From NCBI GenBank assembly GCA_005799025.1, contig SYHX01000073.1, forward strand, positions 1 through 56,807: a stretch of DNA of 56,807 nucleotides, in the 5' to 3' direction. Below, piece after piece: positions 21,455-31,522 of the stretch (position 1 is its first letter; each line of letters opens with the position of its first letter). The notes under the pieces were generated by a model. The model did not search any database and was not told the DNA's origin. It saw nothing but the letters and a program-made list of their open reading frames with translations. Source of the stretch: Bacteroidota bacterium. GTDB lineage: Bacteria; Bacteroidota; Bacteroidia; UBA7662. The translations under genes were made by a program, and so were the position numbers.

Positions 21455-22078
21455 TCATGATTCTTCTCCTTGATCCTTCCCCAAAGGTAGGTCATCCTGC
21501 ATGACCGCATCAAGAATACGCTCAAACAGGTGTGCTGTAAGTTGGGCGTCTCCCAAAGCCCTATGTCGGCCCTTGGTTTCGATGCCCAATGCCCTGCACA
21601 ATTTACCCAACGAGTACGAAGGTTGTTCAGGAAGAAAATGACGGGCTAATTGTTGGGTACATAACAAAGGTCTCACAAAATCATAGCCTGCCAAGGCCAT
21701 TTCATAGCGCAAGTACCTGTAATCAAAAGTCACCGGATGCCCGACAAGCCAAGCGTCCTTGGTAAAGGCATCAATCGCCTTGGAGCAAGAAGAAAATTTC
21801 GGTGCGGATTGCACCATAGATTGACGAATTCCTGTTAAATCAGCAACAAACGGAGGAATATCCCGATCTGGATTGAAAAGGGATTCCCAAGCAGTCCAAG
21901 ACCTTCCAATCTGAATTCGAACCATACCCAATTCCATCATACGTTCCGGTGGAAATTTTCCTCCGGTCGCCTCGACGTCCAAAACCACAAAGGTGGGATG
22001 AGTTAAAAGCAAATCCCGGAATTCTTCCGAGGCCAATGGCTTTGAACCTTGTTCCCTACCCGCTCTCCTTGCCGACAA
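21455..22078 (-). CDS. DEDDh 3'-5' exonuclease (DnaQ/PolC-like)
   Basis: VLDVEATG, GHPVTFD, HRALGDA; TTG start uncertain. Confidence 0.88.
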   Translation of the reverse strand: MSARRAGREQGSKPLASEEFRDLLLTHPTFVVLDVEATGGKFPPERMMELGMVRIQIGRSWTAWESLFNPDRDIPPFVADLTGIRQSMVQSAPKFSSCSKAIDAFTKDAWLVGHPVTFDYRYLRYEMALAGYDFVRPLLCTQQLARHFLPEQPSYSLGKLCRALGIETKGRHRALGDAQLTAHLFERILDAVMQDDLPLGKDQGEES

Positions 22079-22089
22079 AATGCAAGAAA

Positions 22090-22512
22090 TCAGAATGGCA
22101 TATCGTCCCCGCCCTGCACCGAATAATCCGGTTCAGCAGGCAAAGGGGATCCCATGGAGCCGCCTGGGTAAGAAGGACCTGCCGCCCCTGAAGATGCATT
22201 GGTTGACCCCATGGAAGACGGAGAGGCTGCAGGACCCACACCAGCCTCTGCTGCGGCAATTTTCCAGGCACGGATATCTGTGTACCATCTTCCGTTGTAT
22301 TCTCTGCTCTCCACCTCCACCGAAGCCGTGATTTCGGCTCCGCTTTGCAGAGAGAATTGGTCGATTTTATCGCCCCAAAGGCTCATGCATACTTTGCGAG
22401 GATATTGCCCTCTGGTTTCCAATATAAATTCTTGTTTGCGCCAGCTGTTGCCGCTACGACCCGTCCCGGTGACTTCTGGCAAGAGTTGAATGATTTGACC
22501 TGTGATTTCCAT
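22090..22512 (-). CDS. DUF3127 domain protein (OB-fold, SSB-like)
   Basis: MEITGQI...WRKQEFILET..QYP..V...WGDK...SREYNGRWYTDIRAWKI; acidic tail DDMPF. Confidence 0.88.
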   Translation of the reverse strand: MEITGQIIQLLPEVTGTGRSGNSWRKQEFILETRGQYPRKVCMSLWGDKIDQFSLQSGAEITASVEVESREYNGRWYTDIRAWKIAAAEAGVGPAASPSSMGSTNASSGAAGPSYPGGSMGSPLPAEPDYSVQGGDDMPF

Positions 22513-22617
22513 ATCGCTATGTTTTGAAGAAATTATGCTTTGAGCAAAATTAGCCTTCTGCATGAACTAAACCGAATCCAACCTCAGGTCTTTATCCACA
22601 AACCCACCCAAAGAATT

Positions 22618-24066
22618 ATGGACAATGGAACCCAGAAGGTAAGTTTGCGGCCTATGCCCATTACACTGACGTCCTGGGGGGCTGCTCAACAAGTCACTGG
22701 CAGCATGCATTTGCTGGAACTAAGCGACGGTTACAAAATTCTGGTAGATTGCGGCCTTGAAATGGGGCCCAAAGGCCAAGAAACCGGCCTGGGATTTGAC
22801 GCTTCCTCCATCAACCTTGTCTTACTAACCCATGCGCACATGGACCATAGCGGGAGGCTTCCTGAATTGGTTAGAGAGGGCTACAAGGGGGATATTCTAT
22901 GCACCGAACCCACCATGGAACTAAGTGCTGTACTCCTGAGGGATAGCGCCATGCTGCAAGCCAAACGAATGGCCAACGATCTGCACGGCAGGGCAAAGGG
23001 TCGTAAGAAAGGCGACCAGGCTTTTCGCAAATTAGCCCATCGTTTGGAGCAAGATGCCGAACATTGTCTTCGCCAATTTCATCCACTTCGGATCGAGAAG
23101 GCCTATCGAATTCGCCAGAACCTGTCCATCACCTTGTACCCATGTTCACACCTCTTGGGGGCTGTTTCTGTCGTTTTTGAAATCAAAGATGCTGAACAAA
23201 ACCTTCGTATTGGCTTCAGCGGGGACTTGGGGAGGTTCAATTACCCTGGTTTGCCTGACCCCAAGCCCATGCCCGAAGTGGATTATTTGGTCTGCGAAAG
23301 CACCTACGGTGGTGTTAGCCACCAAGAAACCAGACCCCACACGGTCGTTATTGAAGAATTCATCCGTCAGGCCCTCGAGTTCGAAGGCGGTCGCCTTATT
23401 GTGCCGGCCTTCAGCGTTGGCAGGACCCAGGCTTTTTTGTTAGTCTTGCAACAACTGTATGAAGATGGCAAACTGCCCCCAGATATCCCCGTATATGTGG
23501 ACTCGCCCATGGCCATCTTGTCCACGGAAGTTTATCGGCAAATGGATGACTGGTTGGGCAGGGACGCTTTGAACATGATCAGCATGTACGGCGATGTGTT
23601 TTCGTTTGAGCGGCTACGCTTTGTACAAAACATTGGGCAAAGTCGTAAAATCGCCGCCGATTACAGGCCTTCCATCCTGATTTCTGCATCAGGCATGCTA
23701 GAGGGTGGGCGCATTCATACCCACCTCAAAGAACAATTACAGAATTCCAGGGCCTCCATCTTATTCATCGGTTACATGGCCGAAGGTAGCCTGGGGCGCA
23801 AATTAGCCGATGGTGAAAAATACCTGACGGTGGACGGTCGAACGGTGGAAGTCCGAGCAAAATTATGTTATACAGATGTGTTCAGCGGTCATGCGGATCA
23901 CAACGGACTCATGCGGTTCGTCAGCCAAACGCCAGCATCACGCCTTCGCAGGGTCTTCTTGGTGCATGGAGAGCCGGATCGTATGGAAGCCTTTGCGGAT
24001 GCCCTCGAGGACCAAGGTTACAAAGTCACCCTTCCCATCAAAGGCAAAGTCTATTCTTTGGAATAA
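22618..24066 (+). CDS. MBL-fold beta-CASP ribonuclease
   Basis: GAAQQVTGS, LTHAHMDHSG, SGDLG, ESTYG, PAFSVGRTQ, SASGMLEGGR, FSGHAD, LVHGE; start could also be 22654. Confidence 0.92.
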   Translation: MDNGTQKVSLRPMPITLTSWGAAQQVTGSMHLLELSDGYKILVDCGLEMGPKGQETGLGFDASSINLVLLTHAHMDHSGRLPELVREGYKGDILCTEPTMELSAVLLRDSAMLQAKRMANDLHGRAKGRKKGDQAFRKLAHRLEQDAEHCLRQFHPLRIEKAYRIRQNLSITLYPCSHLLGAVSVVFEIKDAEQNLRIGFSGDLGRFNYPGLPDPKPMPEVDYLVCESTYGGVSHQETRPHTVVIEEFIRQALEFEGGRLIVPAFSVGRTQAFLLVLQQLYEDGKLPPDIPVYVDSPMAILSTEVYRQMDDWLGRDALNMISMYGDVFSFERLRFVQNIGQSRKIAADYRPSILISASGMLEGGRIHTHLKEQLQNSRASILFIGYMAEGSLGRKLADGEKYLTVDGRTVEVRAKLCYTDVFSGHADHNGLMRFVSQTPASRLRRVFLVHGEPDRMEAFADALEDQGYKVTLPIKGKVYSLE

Positions 24067-24128
24067 TTTTTTGATAAGCGTTCCAAGAAAATCTTAAATT
24101 AAAACACACATTATCTGATATACATGCC

Positions 24129-24839
24129 ATGTTCAGGACGCCTTTATTTTGTCTTGGTTCGAGTCTAACGCTCGCATTCATCTTAAGCTGTAGCAACAGC
24201 GATCAAAACCACAAAAAAACCGACTGGTCCAGCGGCTTGCCCATCCTTGGACCCATGGAAATTCTTGAAAGAAAGGACGGCCGTACCGATACTGTTTTTC
24301 GTGAAATGCCGGTTATTTCTTTGGAGGACCAATACGGGGTTGCGTTTCATCACGATTCTTTGGAGGGCCAAATACGTGTGGTGGACTTTTTCTTTGCCTC
24401 TTGCCCTGGGATTTGCATTGATATGAGCCGGCACATGGCTGCCCTAAATGCAGAAGAGCAAAAGAAACAAAGGAATAATCAAGGCAAAGGAACCAAGGCC
24501 ATCGGGCTACGTTTTGTGTCATACACAATTGACCCCCTAAGAGATACACGAGATATCCTCGCTGAATACGCCCTGAGGCATGGGGTACACCCTTCCTCAC
24601 GGCAATGGCTTTTGTTACGGGGAAAAGAAGAGGAAATTCACCGTTTGGCCGAGCAATATTATTTGTTAAGTGCAGGGGCGGATCGCAGTGCTCCAGGTGG
24701 CTTTCTGCATTCAGGACAATTCCTACTCATTGACCCCAAGGGGAGAATTCGTGGCTTATACGATGGGACCAATTGGGCAGAATGTAAGATTCTGCAAAGG
24801 GACATCACTTTGCTTCAGAAAGAGTTCAAAAACAAGTAG
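24129..24839 (+). CDS. SCO family copper chaperone lipoprotein
   Basis: Lipobox ILS-C, FFFASCPGIC (CxxxC), HSGQFLLID..GRIRG.Y. Confidence 0.92.
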   Translation: MFRTPLFCLGSSLTLAFILSCSNSDQNHKKTDWSSGLPILGPMEILERKDGRTDTVFREMPVISLEDQYGVAFHHDSLEGQIRVVDFFFASCPGICIDMSRHMAALNAEEQKKQRNNQGKGTKAIGLRFVSYTIDPLRDTRDILAEYALRHGVHPSSRQWLLLRGKEEEIHRLAEQYYLLSAGADRSAPGGFLHSGQFLLIDPKGRIRGLYDGTNWAECKILQRDITLLQKEFKNK

Positions 24840-24853
24840 GGATCGCCCTTCGT

Positions 24854-26047
24854 TCAAGCCCGGTAGGAGACCAATCCAGTAGCCAGGCAATCCATCGCTA
24901 AGGCGAGGTTAGCTTTCTCCAACACATAGGCCAAACGAACTTCGTCCCTGCCCAGACCAGGTGTGGCGTAAAAGCCTGTAGCAGGCGCCATCATAACCGT
25001 TGCTCCCTCATGTCGATGGTGTTCAAGCATCCAACGGCAAAAATCATCGCTATCGGTAATGGGTAATCGAGCAACAGCATAAAAAGCCCCGCCGGGTAAG
25101 GGACAGGTCACTCCGGGCATCGCAGAGAGCGCCTGCACCATGAGATTGCGTCGGCTAACATATTCTGCTCTGACCTCTTCGAAGTAACTAGAACGGGTAT
25201 GGAGCAACGCAGCCATGGCTCCCATTTGTTCCAAAGTAGGTGGACTTAATCGAGCTTGAGCGTATTTGAGGGCCGTTGCCATTAATTCCTGGTTCTTGGT
25301 AATCAAAGCCCCTATTCTGGCCCCACACGCAGAGTACATTTTGGAGGTGCTTTCCACGACAACTGCATGTTGCTCCAACCCATTCAGTCCCAAAATGGAA
25401 TAATGTTGCTGACCATCGTATACAAATTCGCGGTAAACTTCATCCGCGATGAAAAACAAATCATGTTTCAAGCATAAGCCGGCCAAGGCTTCCAATTCAG
25501 ATTTAGAATACAAGGTGCCGGTGGGATTATTGGGATTGCAAATCATCAAGGCCCTGGTTCGTGGTCCGATTGCAGCTTCGACCGCATCCACTTCAGGTAA
25601 GGCAAAGCGCTCTTCGATCGTTGTTGTGAACGGGCGTACCACCACTCCTCCCATTGCGGCAAATCCGTTGTAATTGGCATAAAAAGGCTCCGGGATCAGA
25701 ACCTCATCCCCCGGGTCAAAACAAGCCATCATGGTCATGATCAAAGCCTCTGAACCTCCGGTGCTGATGAGCACATCTTCAGCGGTGAGACCATAACCCT
25801 TACGATTCAGTTGGTCGGCATACGCCTGCCGGTATTGAACGAGACCCGCCGAATGCGAATACGACAGGACCTTGTCTTGGTGGCTAGAGATGCCTTCCCA
25901 AAAGGCCGGAGCAGTAGCGATATCCGGTTGACCTATATTGAGGTGAAACACCGTGGCGCCACTTTGCTTGGCGGCCTCTGCATACGGAACCAATCGCCGT
26001 ATTGGCGAAGCTGGCATGGTATTACCCCTTAGTGAAATTTTTGGCAT
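24854..26047 (-). CDS. PLP-dependent aminotransferase class I/II (aspartate aminotransferase-like)
   Basis: SPIRRL, LNIGQPD, CNPNNPTG, DEVY, STSKMYSACGARIG; TACCTTTG box at 26061-26068. Confidence 0.93.
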   Translation of the reverse strand: MPKISLRGNTMPASPIRRLVPYAEAAKQSGATVFHLNIGQPDIATAPAFWEGISSHQDKVLSYSHSAGLVQYRQAYADQLNRKGYGLTAEDVLISTGGSEALIMTMMACFDPGDEVLIPEPFYANYNGFAAMGGVVVRPFTTTIEERFALPEVDAVEAAIGPRTRALMICNPNNPTGTLYSKSELEALAGLCLKHDLFFIADEVYREFVYDGQQHYSILGLNGLEQHAVVVESTSKMYSACGARIGALITKNQELMATALKYAQARLSPPTLEQMGAMAALLHTRSSYFEEVRAEYVSRRNLMVQALSAMPGVTCPLPGGAFYAVARLPITDSDDFCRWMLEHHRHEGATVMMAPATGFYATPGLGRDEVRLAYVLEKANLALAMDCLATGLVSYRA

Positions 26048-26141
26048 AAAAAAACCCGTGCAAAGGTACACGGGTCTTTCTAAGATACAAAGAATACTCT
26101 TTGTCGAATCAGCGGACTTCTTAGGGCCTGCTTGGGTTTCT

Positions 26142-26585
26142 TTAGGGCTTGCTCACCGGACTGGAAGCTGGCTTGGTTTCGGGAACACCTGGCTCCACCT
26201 TCTCAACCAAACCGGAGATGGTTAACACCTTCGTGGACTCTGCAGCATTGGAAGTGACCGTGACTTGTTTGGTGAACTGACCCGGACGACCTTGGGAATT
26301 GTAAACAGCTTTGATTTTACCGGTCTTCCCTGGAGGAATGGGCTCACGGGTCCAATCAGGCGTGGTACATCCGCATGATGCAGCAACATTTTGAATAATT
26401 AAAGGCCCTTTACCAGTATTCGTGAATTCGAATTCATGGGTAGCCTGAATGCCTTCTTTGATTTTTCCGAAATCATGGGTTTCTGCCTTAAACTTGAACG
26501 TTGGTTTGTCTTTGGTTTCAACGGTCTGCGCCAAAGCAGAAAAGCCTAAACCCAAAGCAAGGGCAAATGATAGGACTGTTTTCAT
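26142..26585 (-). CDS. DUF1573 domain exported protein
   Basis: HDFGKI, FTNTGKGPLII, SCGCTTP, PIPPG; signal peptide; TATTTTTG box at 26608-26615. Confidence 0.92.
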   Translation of the reverse strand: MKTVLSFALALGLGFSALAQTVETKDKPTFKFKAETHDFGKIKEGIQATHEFEFTNTGKGPLIIQNVAASCGCTTPDWTREPIPPGKTGKIKAVYNSQGRPGQFTKQVTVTSNAAESTKVLTISGLVEKVEPGVPETKPASSPVSKP

Positions 26586-26750
26586 GGAGGGTATTTGTTT
26601 TATTGGTCAAAAATAATACGAATTTGATTTAACTAACGCTCCTTTCTTCAAAAATTGTGCCTTCCAAGATTTTGTACAACCTTTATCTTTACATCCAGTC
26701 CATTACCATATTCACAACCAAATAAGGTAAGTTTATTCCACCCCTTTCGA

Positions 26751-29294
26751 ATGGAAATACCCATAGAAACCGCTCCCTCACCGTCGCAAACCGCATTGAA
26801 CAAAGAGGAATTGGTGGCCGAAGTTCTACGCGACTACCAAACAGGTTGGGAAAGCCGTCATGCAAGCTTATTGGGTCGCAAAGAAGTTTTGACCGGTAAA
26901 GCCAAGTTCGGGATTTTTGGCGATGGTAAAGAATTACCCCAATTAGCAATGGCTAAAGCCTTCAGGAAGGGCGATATACGGTCAGGATATTATCGTGATC
27001 AAACGTTTATGCTTGCGACGGGCATGATGACTTTGGAAAGTTTTTTTGCGCAACTATACGCTCACACTTCGGTGGAGCATGAGCCTGCTTCGGGGGGGCG
27101 CTCCATGAACGGACATTTTGCGACCCGATGGCTGGACCAACAAGGTCAAACGGTGAATTTGACAGACAAACCGCAATCCACGGCGGATATCTCGCCCACA
27201 GGTGGTCAAATGGGTAGAGGGCTGGGCATAGCCTATGCTTCCAAATTATACAGAACCTTGCCAAAACTGGATCCTGCTTCTAAGTTCAGCCGAGGTGGCC
27301 ATGAGATTTCGTACGTGACCATTGGGAATGCCTCCACCAGCGAAGGCCATTTTTGGGAAGTCATCAACGCCGGCGGTGTCCTGCAAGTCCCTCTTTTTGT
27401 GTCAATCTGGGATGATGGATACGGGATCTCTGTACCAGCAGCCTACCAAACCACCAAGGAAAATATCGGCGCATTGCTCCAGGGTTTCCGTACCGGATCT
27501 GATGGAAACGGTTATCGGCTGTACACTTGCCCGGGCTGGGATTACCCCCGGCTATGTGCGCTCTACCTCAAAGCTGCGGATTTGTGTCGCCAAGACCATA
27601 TGCCTGTTCTGTTTCATGTGACCGAACTCACTCAGCCGCAGGGGCACAGCACATCGGGATCTCATGAACGTTACAAATCACCCGAAAGGCTACAATGGGA
27701 AAAGAATCATGACTGCTTGAACCGAATGAGGGCCTGGATTCTCGCCCAGGACTTTGCCGATGAAAAAACCCTGGATCGTATCGAAACAGAGGCCGCAACC
27801 CGAGCCAAGGAAGCGTTGAACAAGGCTTACCAGGCCTTCCGTGAAGACCTTGACTCTTGGACAACGGAAACCCTCCAAAGCCTGGAGACCTGCTCTTATG
27901 CGCTCCATTCCCAAATTTCATCGTTGGCAATTACGGCCAACTCAGGAAATACTGAGCATGGAAATACCGATTCGCTGACTCCGAATATTCAACAAAGCGC
28001 TGCAGCCATAGGCCGAGCAATTTCCGACTTGCGCTCTGAACGGGAACCGCTGCGCAGGGATATCATGCAGGCCCTTCGAAGAAGCATTTGGACGGCTCAC
28101 CGACTAGGCCTTGTGGGCTGGGGCAACGAGTCAGTGCAAGAAGCCTACCGCCAAACCCTTGGCCTACGTTCTCGCCTTGAGAGTCTACATTCATTGTTGT
28201 ACAGCCGTGGACTACACAGCCAATCCGTGGAAGCAACTGTGAAGGTTCAGCCTGTACGCGCGCAATACACTGAGGATTCTGAATCGGTCAACGGCTTCGA
28301 AGTCCTCAACCGTTGTTTTGAATACTGGCTCCGTGAGGAGCCCCGCTTTGTTGCTTTGGGTGAAGATGTCGGAAAAATTGGTGATGTCAATCAAGGATTT
28401 GCAGGACTGCAAGATAAGTTTGGAGAGCTTCGGGTCTCGGATACCGGTATTCGCGAAATGAGTATAGTGGGTCAAGGGCTGGGGGCAGCTATGCGAGGCC
28501 TCCGACCCATGGTGGAAATTCAATACCTTGATTATTTGCTCTACGCCATTCAAATCCTCAGCGATGATGTAGCCACCTTGCAATACCGCACGGCAGGTGG
28601 CCAAAAAGCCCCCCTCATCGTACGTACCCGTGGCCATCGTTTGGAAGGGATCTGGCATTCAGGCTCCCCGATGGGTATGATTACACATGCCCTTCGAGGA
28701 ATGCACGTTTTGGTTCCTCGTAACATGGTTCAAGCAGCCGGATTTTATAATACCCTGATGAAAAGCGACGAACCGGCCCTTGTCATCGAATGCCTGAACG
28801 GTTATCGCCTCAAAGAAACCTTGCCTTCCAACCTGCATGAAATTCGTGTCATTCCCGGTCAGGCAGAAATCCTACGCCAAGGGGAAGATCTGACCCTTGT
28901 CACCTACGGATCCTGTTGCCGCATTGCGATGGAAGCCGCAACCTTATTGGAAGATCTCGGGGTTTCAATCGAGATTATCGACGCTCAGAGTTTATTGCCC
29001 TTTGACCAGGAAGGCCTTTGTGCCAAATCGCTTCGCAAAACATCTAGGCTTTTGGTTTTGGACGAGGATGTGCCCGGGGGTGCATCGGCCTACCTTTTGC
29101 AACAAATATTGGAGAGGCAAGGTGGTTTTGCCCTTTTGGATTGGGCTCCCCAAACTCTAACGGCTCAGGCCCATCGACCTGCCTACGGCTCCGATGGGGA
29201 TTATTTCAGCAAACCCTCAGTGGACGATGTAGTGGAGGCTGTTTGGTCGCTAATGGCCTCCGCGGAGCCCGGCTATTTTGCCCCTCTCCCCTAA
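26751..29294 (+). CDS. 2-oxoisovalerate dehydrogenase E1, fused alpha/beta subunits
   Basis: GKAKFGIFGDGKE, YYRDQT, GNASTSEG..WDDG (TPP), GHSTSGSH, GEDVG, DTGIRE, HSGSP, YGSDGDYFSKP. Confidence 0.93.
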   Translation: MEIPIETAPSPSQTALNKEELVAEVLRDYQTGWESRHASLLGRKEVLTGKAKFGIFGDGKELPQLAMAKAFRKGDIRSGYYRDQTFMLATGMMTLESFFAQLYAHTSVEHEPASGGRSMNGHFATRWLDQQGQTVNLTDKPQSTADISPTGGQMGRGLGIAYASKLYRTLPKLDPASKFSRGGHEISYVTIGNASTSEGHFWEVINAGGVLQVPLFVSIWDDGYGISVPAAYQTTKENIGALLQGFRTGSDGNGYRLYTCPGWDYPRLCALYLKAADLCRQDHMPVLFHVTELTQPQGHSTSGSHERYKSPERLQWEKNHDCLNRMRAWILAQDFADEKTLDRIETEAATRAKEALNKAYQAFREDLDSWTTETLQSLETCSYALHSQISSLAITANSGNTEHGNTDSLTPNIQQSAAAIGRAISDLRSEREPLRRDIMQALRRSIWTAHRLGLVGWGNESVQEAYRQTLGLRSRLESLHSLLYSRGLHSQSVEATVKVQPVRAQYTEDSESVNGFEVLNRCFEYWLREEPRFVALGEDVGKIGDVNQGFAGLQDKFGELRVSDTGIREMSIVGQGLGAAMRGLRPMVEIQYLDYLLYAIQILSDDVATLQYRTAGGQKAPLIVRTRGHRLEGIWHSGSPMGMITHALRGMHVLVPRNMVQAAGFYNTLMKSDEPALVIECLNGYRLKETLPSNLHEIRVIPGQAEILRQGEDLTLVTYGSCCRIAMEAATLLEDLGVSIEIIDAQSLLPFDQEGLCAKSLRKTSRLLVLDEDVPGGASAYLLQQILERQGGFALLDWAPQTLTAQAHRPAYGSDGDYFSKPSVDDVVEAVWSLMASAEPGYFAPLP

Positions 29295-29323
29295 ATTTGA
29301 GTCAGGTCAAGGCCCTTTCTGAT

Positions 29324-29632
29324 TTAATCAATCGTCACCCACAGGCCTTCGTCTCCTAAGGCAGCTTGAATAGGGAGCAAATCCGCATAAGAACCGGACT
29401 TGACTTGGCATTTTCCTTTGAGATGCACAATCCATGCGCATTGTTCGGCCTGCTCTGCACTATGCTCGCAATACCTTATCAAACAAGTAATGACATGCCC
29501 AAAGGTATTTACTTCATCGTTATGCAAAACAAGGTTACAACCCTCATCTTCCAATTCTAATACTGCATATTCGGGCTTTTCCTTGGTGCTGTTCAAGGGA
29601 GTGAGAGGGCTGAAGCGATCGGAATATTTCAT
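29324..29632 (-). CDS. clpS: ATP-dependent Clp protease adaptor ClpS
   Basis: LVLHNDEVNTFGHVI..L..YC.H..EQAEQC..IVH.KGKC; start set at MKYS just after the prmA stop. Confidence 0.9.
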   Translation of the reverse strand: MKYSDRFSPLTPLNSTKEKPEYAVLELEDEGCNLVLHNDEVNTFGHVITCLIRYCEHSAEQAEQCAWIVHLKGKCQVKSGSYADLLPIQAALGDEGLWVTID

Positions 29633-29634
29633 AT

Positions 29635-30687
29635 TCAAGGTATTAACCTTTTTTCGAACAGCAATGTACTCCATTGGTTCAGTGCAGCTGACCCAATGCA
29701 TACCAGTCCCAACTTGCCGGCCTCCTGAAGCAAGACTCCGTGATCTTCGGTATAAAATCCACTTAGCCATAATTGTCCTCCTTGAACCATGGAAGCTTCA
29801 TAAATAACCATGTCCTTTAGCAAAACATTCCGGTTGATATTGGCCAAAATCAAGTCAAATTTTCCGTGCAACGACGATAAAGTAGGCAATAATCCTGCAT
29901 CACCGCAAAGCCAATCGGCATGGAAGCCTTGGGCGGGAACTGCATTTCGGGTTGCATTCTCTGCGGCATTTTCGGCAGACCAGTCTTCTACATCAATCCC
30001 GATCACCGAAGAAGCTCCTAAACGAGCCGCCAAAATTCCCAAGATCCCTGTTCCGCATCCCATATCCAAAACTCGTGCTCCCTCGAGACGAACAGTCGTA
30101 CCGCTCTGCATTGGAATTTGGTATGGGAGCAAGCCCTCAATCGTATCGGTCTTTTGAGGGCCAGGTTTCCAAACCACATTTTGACCCATTTGAATCGTCT
30201 GTGCAGTTGGCGCTCCTAGAAGCCACCAACTCATCAATAAGGTGGTTTCATGATGCCCGGTACCAAAGGACATCCTCGGCATCATGACCAGTTCCAAATC
30301 CAAGCCCTCCATAGGCTCATGAAAGGGAGCACGAAGTCCCAGGGAAGTTCCCAAACGTATCGGCTGAAAATTAGATTCCCATTCCACATTCCAATTGGTA
30401 TGCGGCATGGTATGCGGACCGTCTATCCACAGGACCTTGTCTTGGTTTTCTCCCAACCAGTAGTCTTGAAAAATGGGGCCTATGGTTTCGACAAGCCCAT
30501 AGGCTTCGATGACTAAGGGTGCATGGGTATCTTTCTTTTGATCGTCGGCGAGAGCCCCTTCCCCCTCTTGGATTGTGGACAAGGTTTCAAAGGCTTCAAA
30601 TCCAACTTCGCCCAACAATGCAATCACCAATTCGCAAGATATTTCATCCTCAACCCCCAGTCGCCAACGTAGGTAAGTCCCCCCCAT
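29635..30687 (-). CDS. prmA: 50S ribosomal protein L11 methyltransferase (with insertions)
   Basis: NWNVEWESNF.PI, PRMSFGTGHHETT, VLDMGCGTGILG, ILANINRN, LSGFY. Confidence 0.92.
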   Translation of the reverse strand: MGGTYLRWRLGVEDEISCELVIALLGEVGFEAFETLSTIQEGEGALADDQKKDTHAPLVIEAYGLVETIGPIFQDYWLGENQDKVLWIDGPHTMPHTNWNVEWESNFQPIRLGTSLGLRAPFHEPMEGLDLELVMMPRMSFGTGHHETTLLMSWWLLGAPTAQTIQMGQNVVWKPGPQKTDTIEGLLPYQIPMQSGTTVRLEGARVLDMGCGTGILGILAARLGASSVIGIDVEDWSAENAAENATRNAVPAQGFHADWLCGDAGLLPTLSSLHGKFDLILANINRNVLLKDMVIYEASMVQGGQLWLSGFYTEDHGVLLQEAGKLGLVCIGSAALNQWSTLLFEKRLIP

Positions 30688-30690
30688 CGG

Positions 30691-31461
30691 CTAATCCACT
30701 GAACTTAACACAATATCAGCAAAGTCTCTAGCCTTGAGGGAAGCACCGCCCACCAGGGCCCCGTCCACATCGGGGCAAGCCAAAAGCTCCTTGGCATTGG
30801 AAGTATTCACGGACCCTCCGTAAAGAATGCGGATTTGTTCGGCCAAGGTTGAACCTCTTTGTTGAGCAACCCAGGCACGAATCATGGCATGCACTTCGTT
30901 GGCTTGTTGAGGACTGGCGGTCAGTCCTGTCCCGATGGCCCAAACCGGTTCGTAGGCAATGGATAATGAACCTTGATCTAAATCCTGAATTCGAGACCCC
31001 AATGCCTCCATCAATTGTGAGGTAATCACTTCGTTGAAGCTGCCCCCTTGACGTTGTTCCAAGGTTTCCCCAACACAATAGACCGACATCAAGGCATGTT
31101 CTCGCAAACGATCAATTTTGAGACCGCAAATGGCGGAACTTTCGTGGTGGTGCATGCGGCGTTCACTGTGCCCCACCAAGGCAAAGCTGCTGTGCATCGC
31201 AGCCAAGATGCCAGCAGAAATTTCACCTGTATAGGCTCCTTGATTATGCGCTGAACAGTCCTGAGCTCCCATCAATGCCGAACCCTCCAATTCCGAGCGA
31301 AGGGATGCCAAATGGGTGAAAGGAAGAGCTAATCCCCAATCCATGTCCCGGTGCAAACCGTCACGGATCATGGGGACCATTTGCCTGGCAACCAAGCGCC
31401 CCTCTTCCGGCAGGGTGTTCATTTTCCAATTTCCCAAAATCAAGGGCCTGCGTTTGGACAT
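30691..31461 (-). CDS. tpiA: Triosephosphate isomerase
   Basis: GNWKMN, GAYTGE, GHSERR, AYEPVWAIGTG, YGGSV, LVGGASL; TATTTTTG box at 31487-31494. Confidence 0.97.
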   Translation of the reverse strand: MSKRRPLILGNWKMNTLPEEGRLVARQMVPMIRDGLHRDMDWGLALPFTHLASLRSELEGSALMGAQDCSAHNQGAYTGEISAGILAAMHSSFALVGHSERRMHHHESSAICGLKIDRLREHALMSVYCVGETLEQRQGGSFNEVITSQLMEALGSRIQDLDQGSLSIAYEPVWAIGTGLTASPQQANEVHAMIRAWVAQQRGSTLAEQIRILYGGSVNTSNAKELLACPDVDGALVGGASLKARDFADIVLSSVD

Positions 31462-31522
31462 TTGCTTTAAATTTTCAAGTGTGTAACAAAAATAATTCTA
31501 GAAGAAATCACATCAATGACCA

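Noticed and set aside
26751-29294. E1 alpha/beta fusion as a novelty
   Set aside because: This architecture is standard in Bacteroidota.
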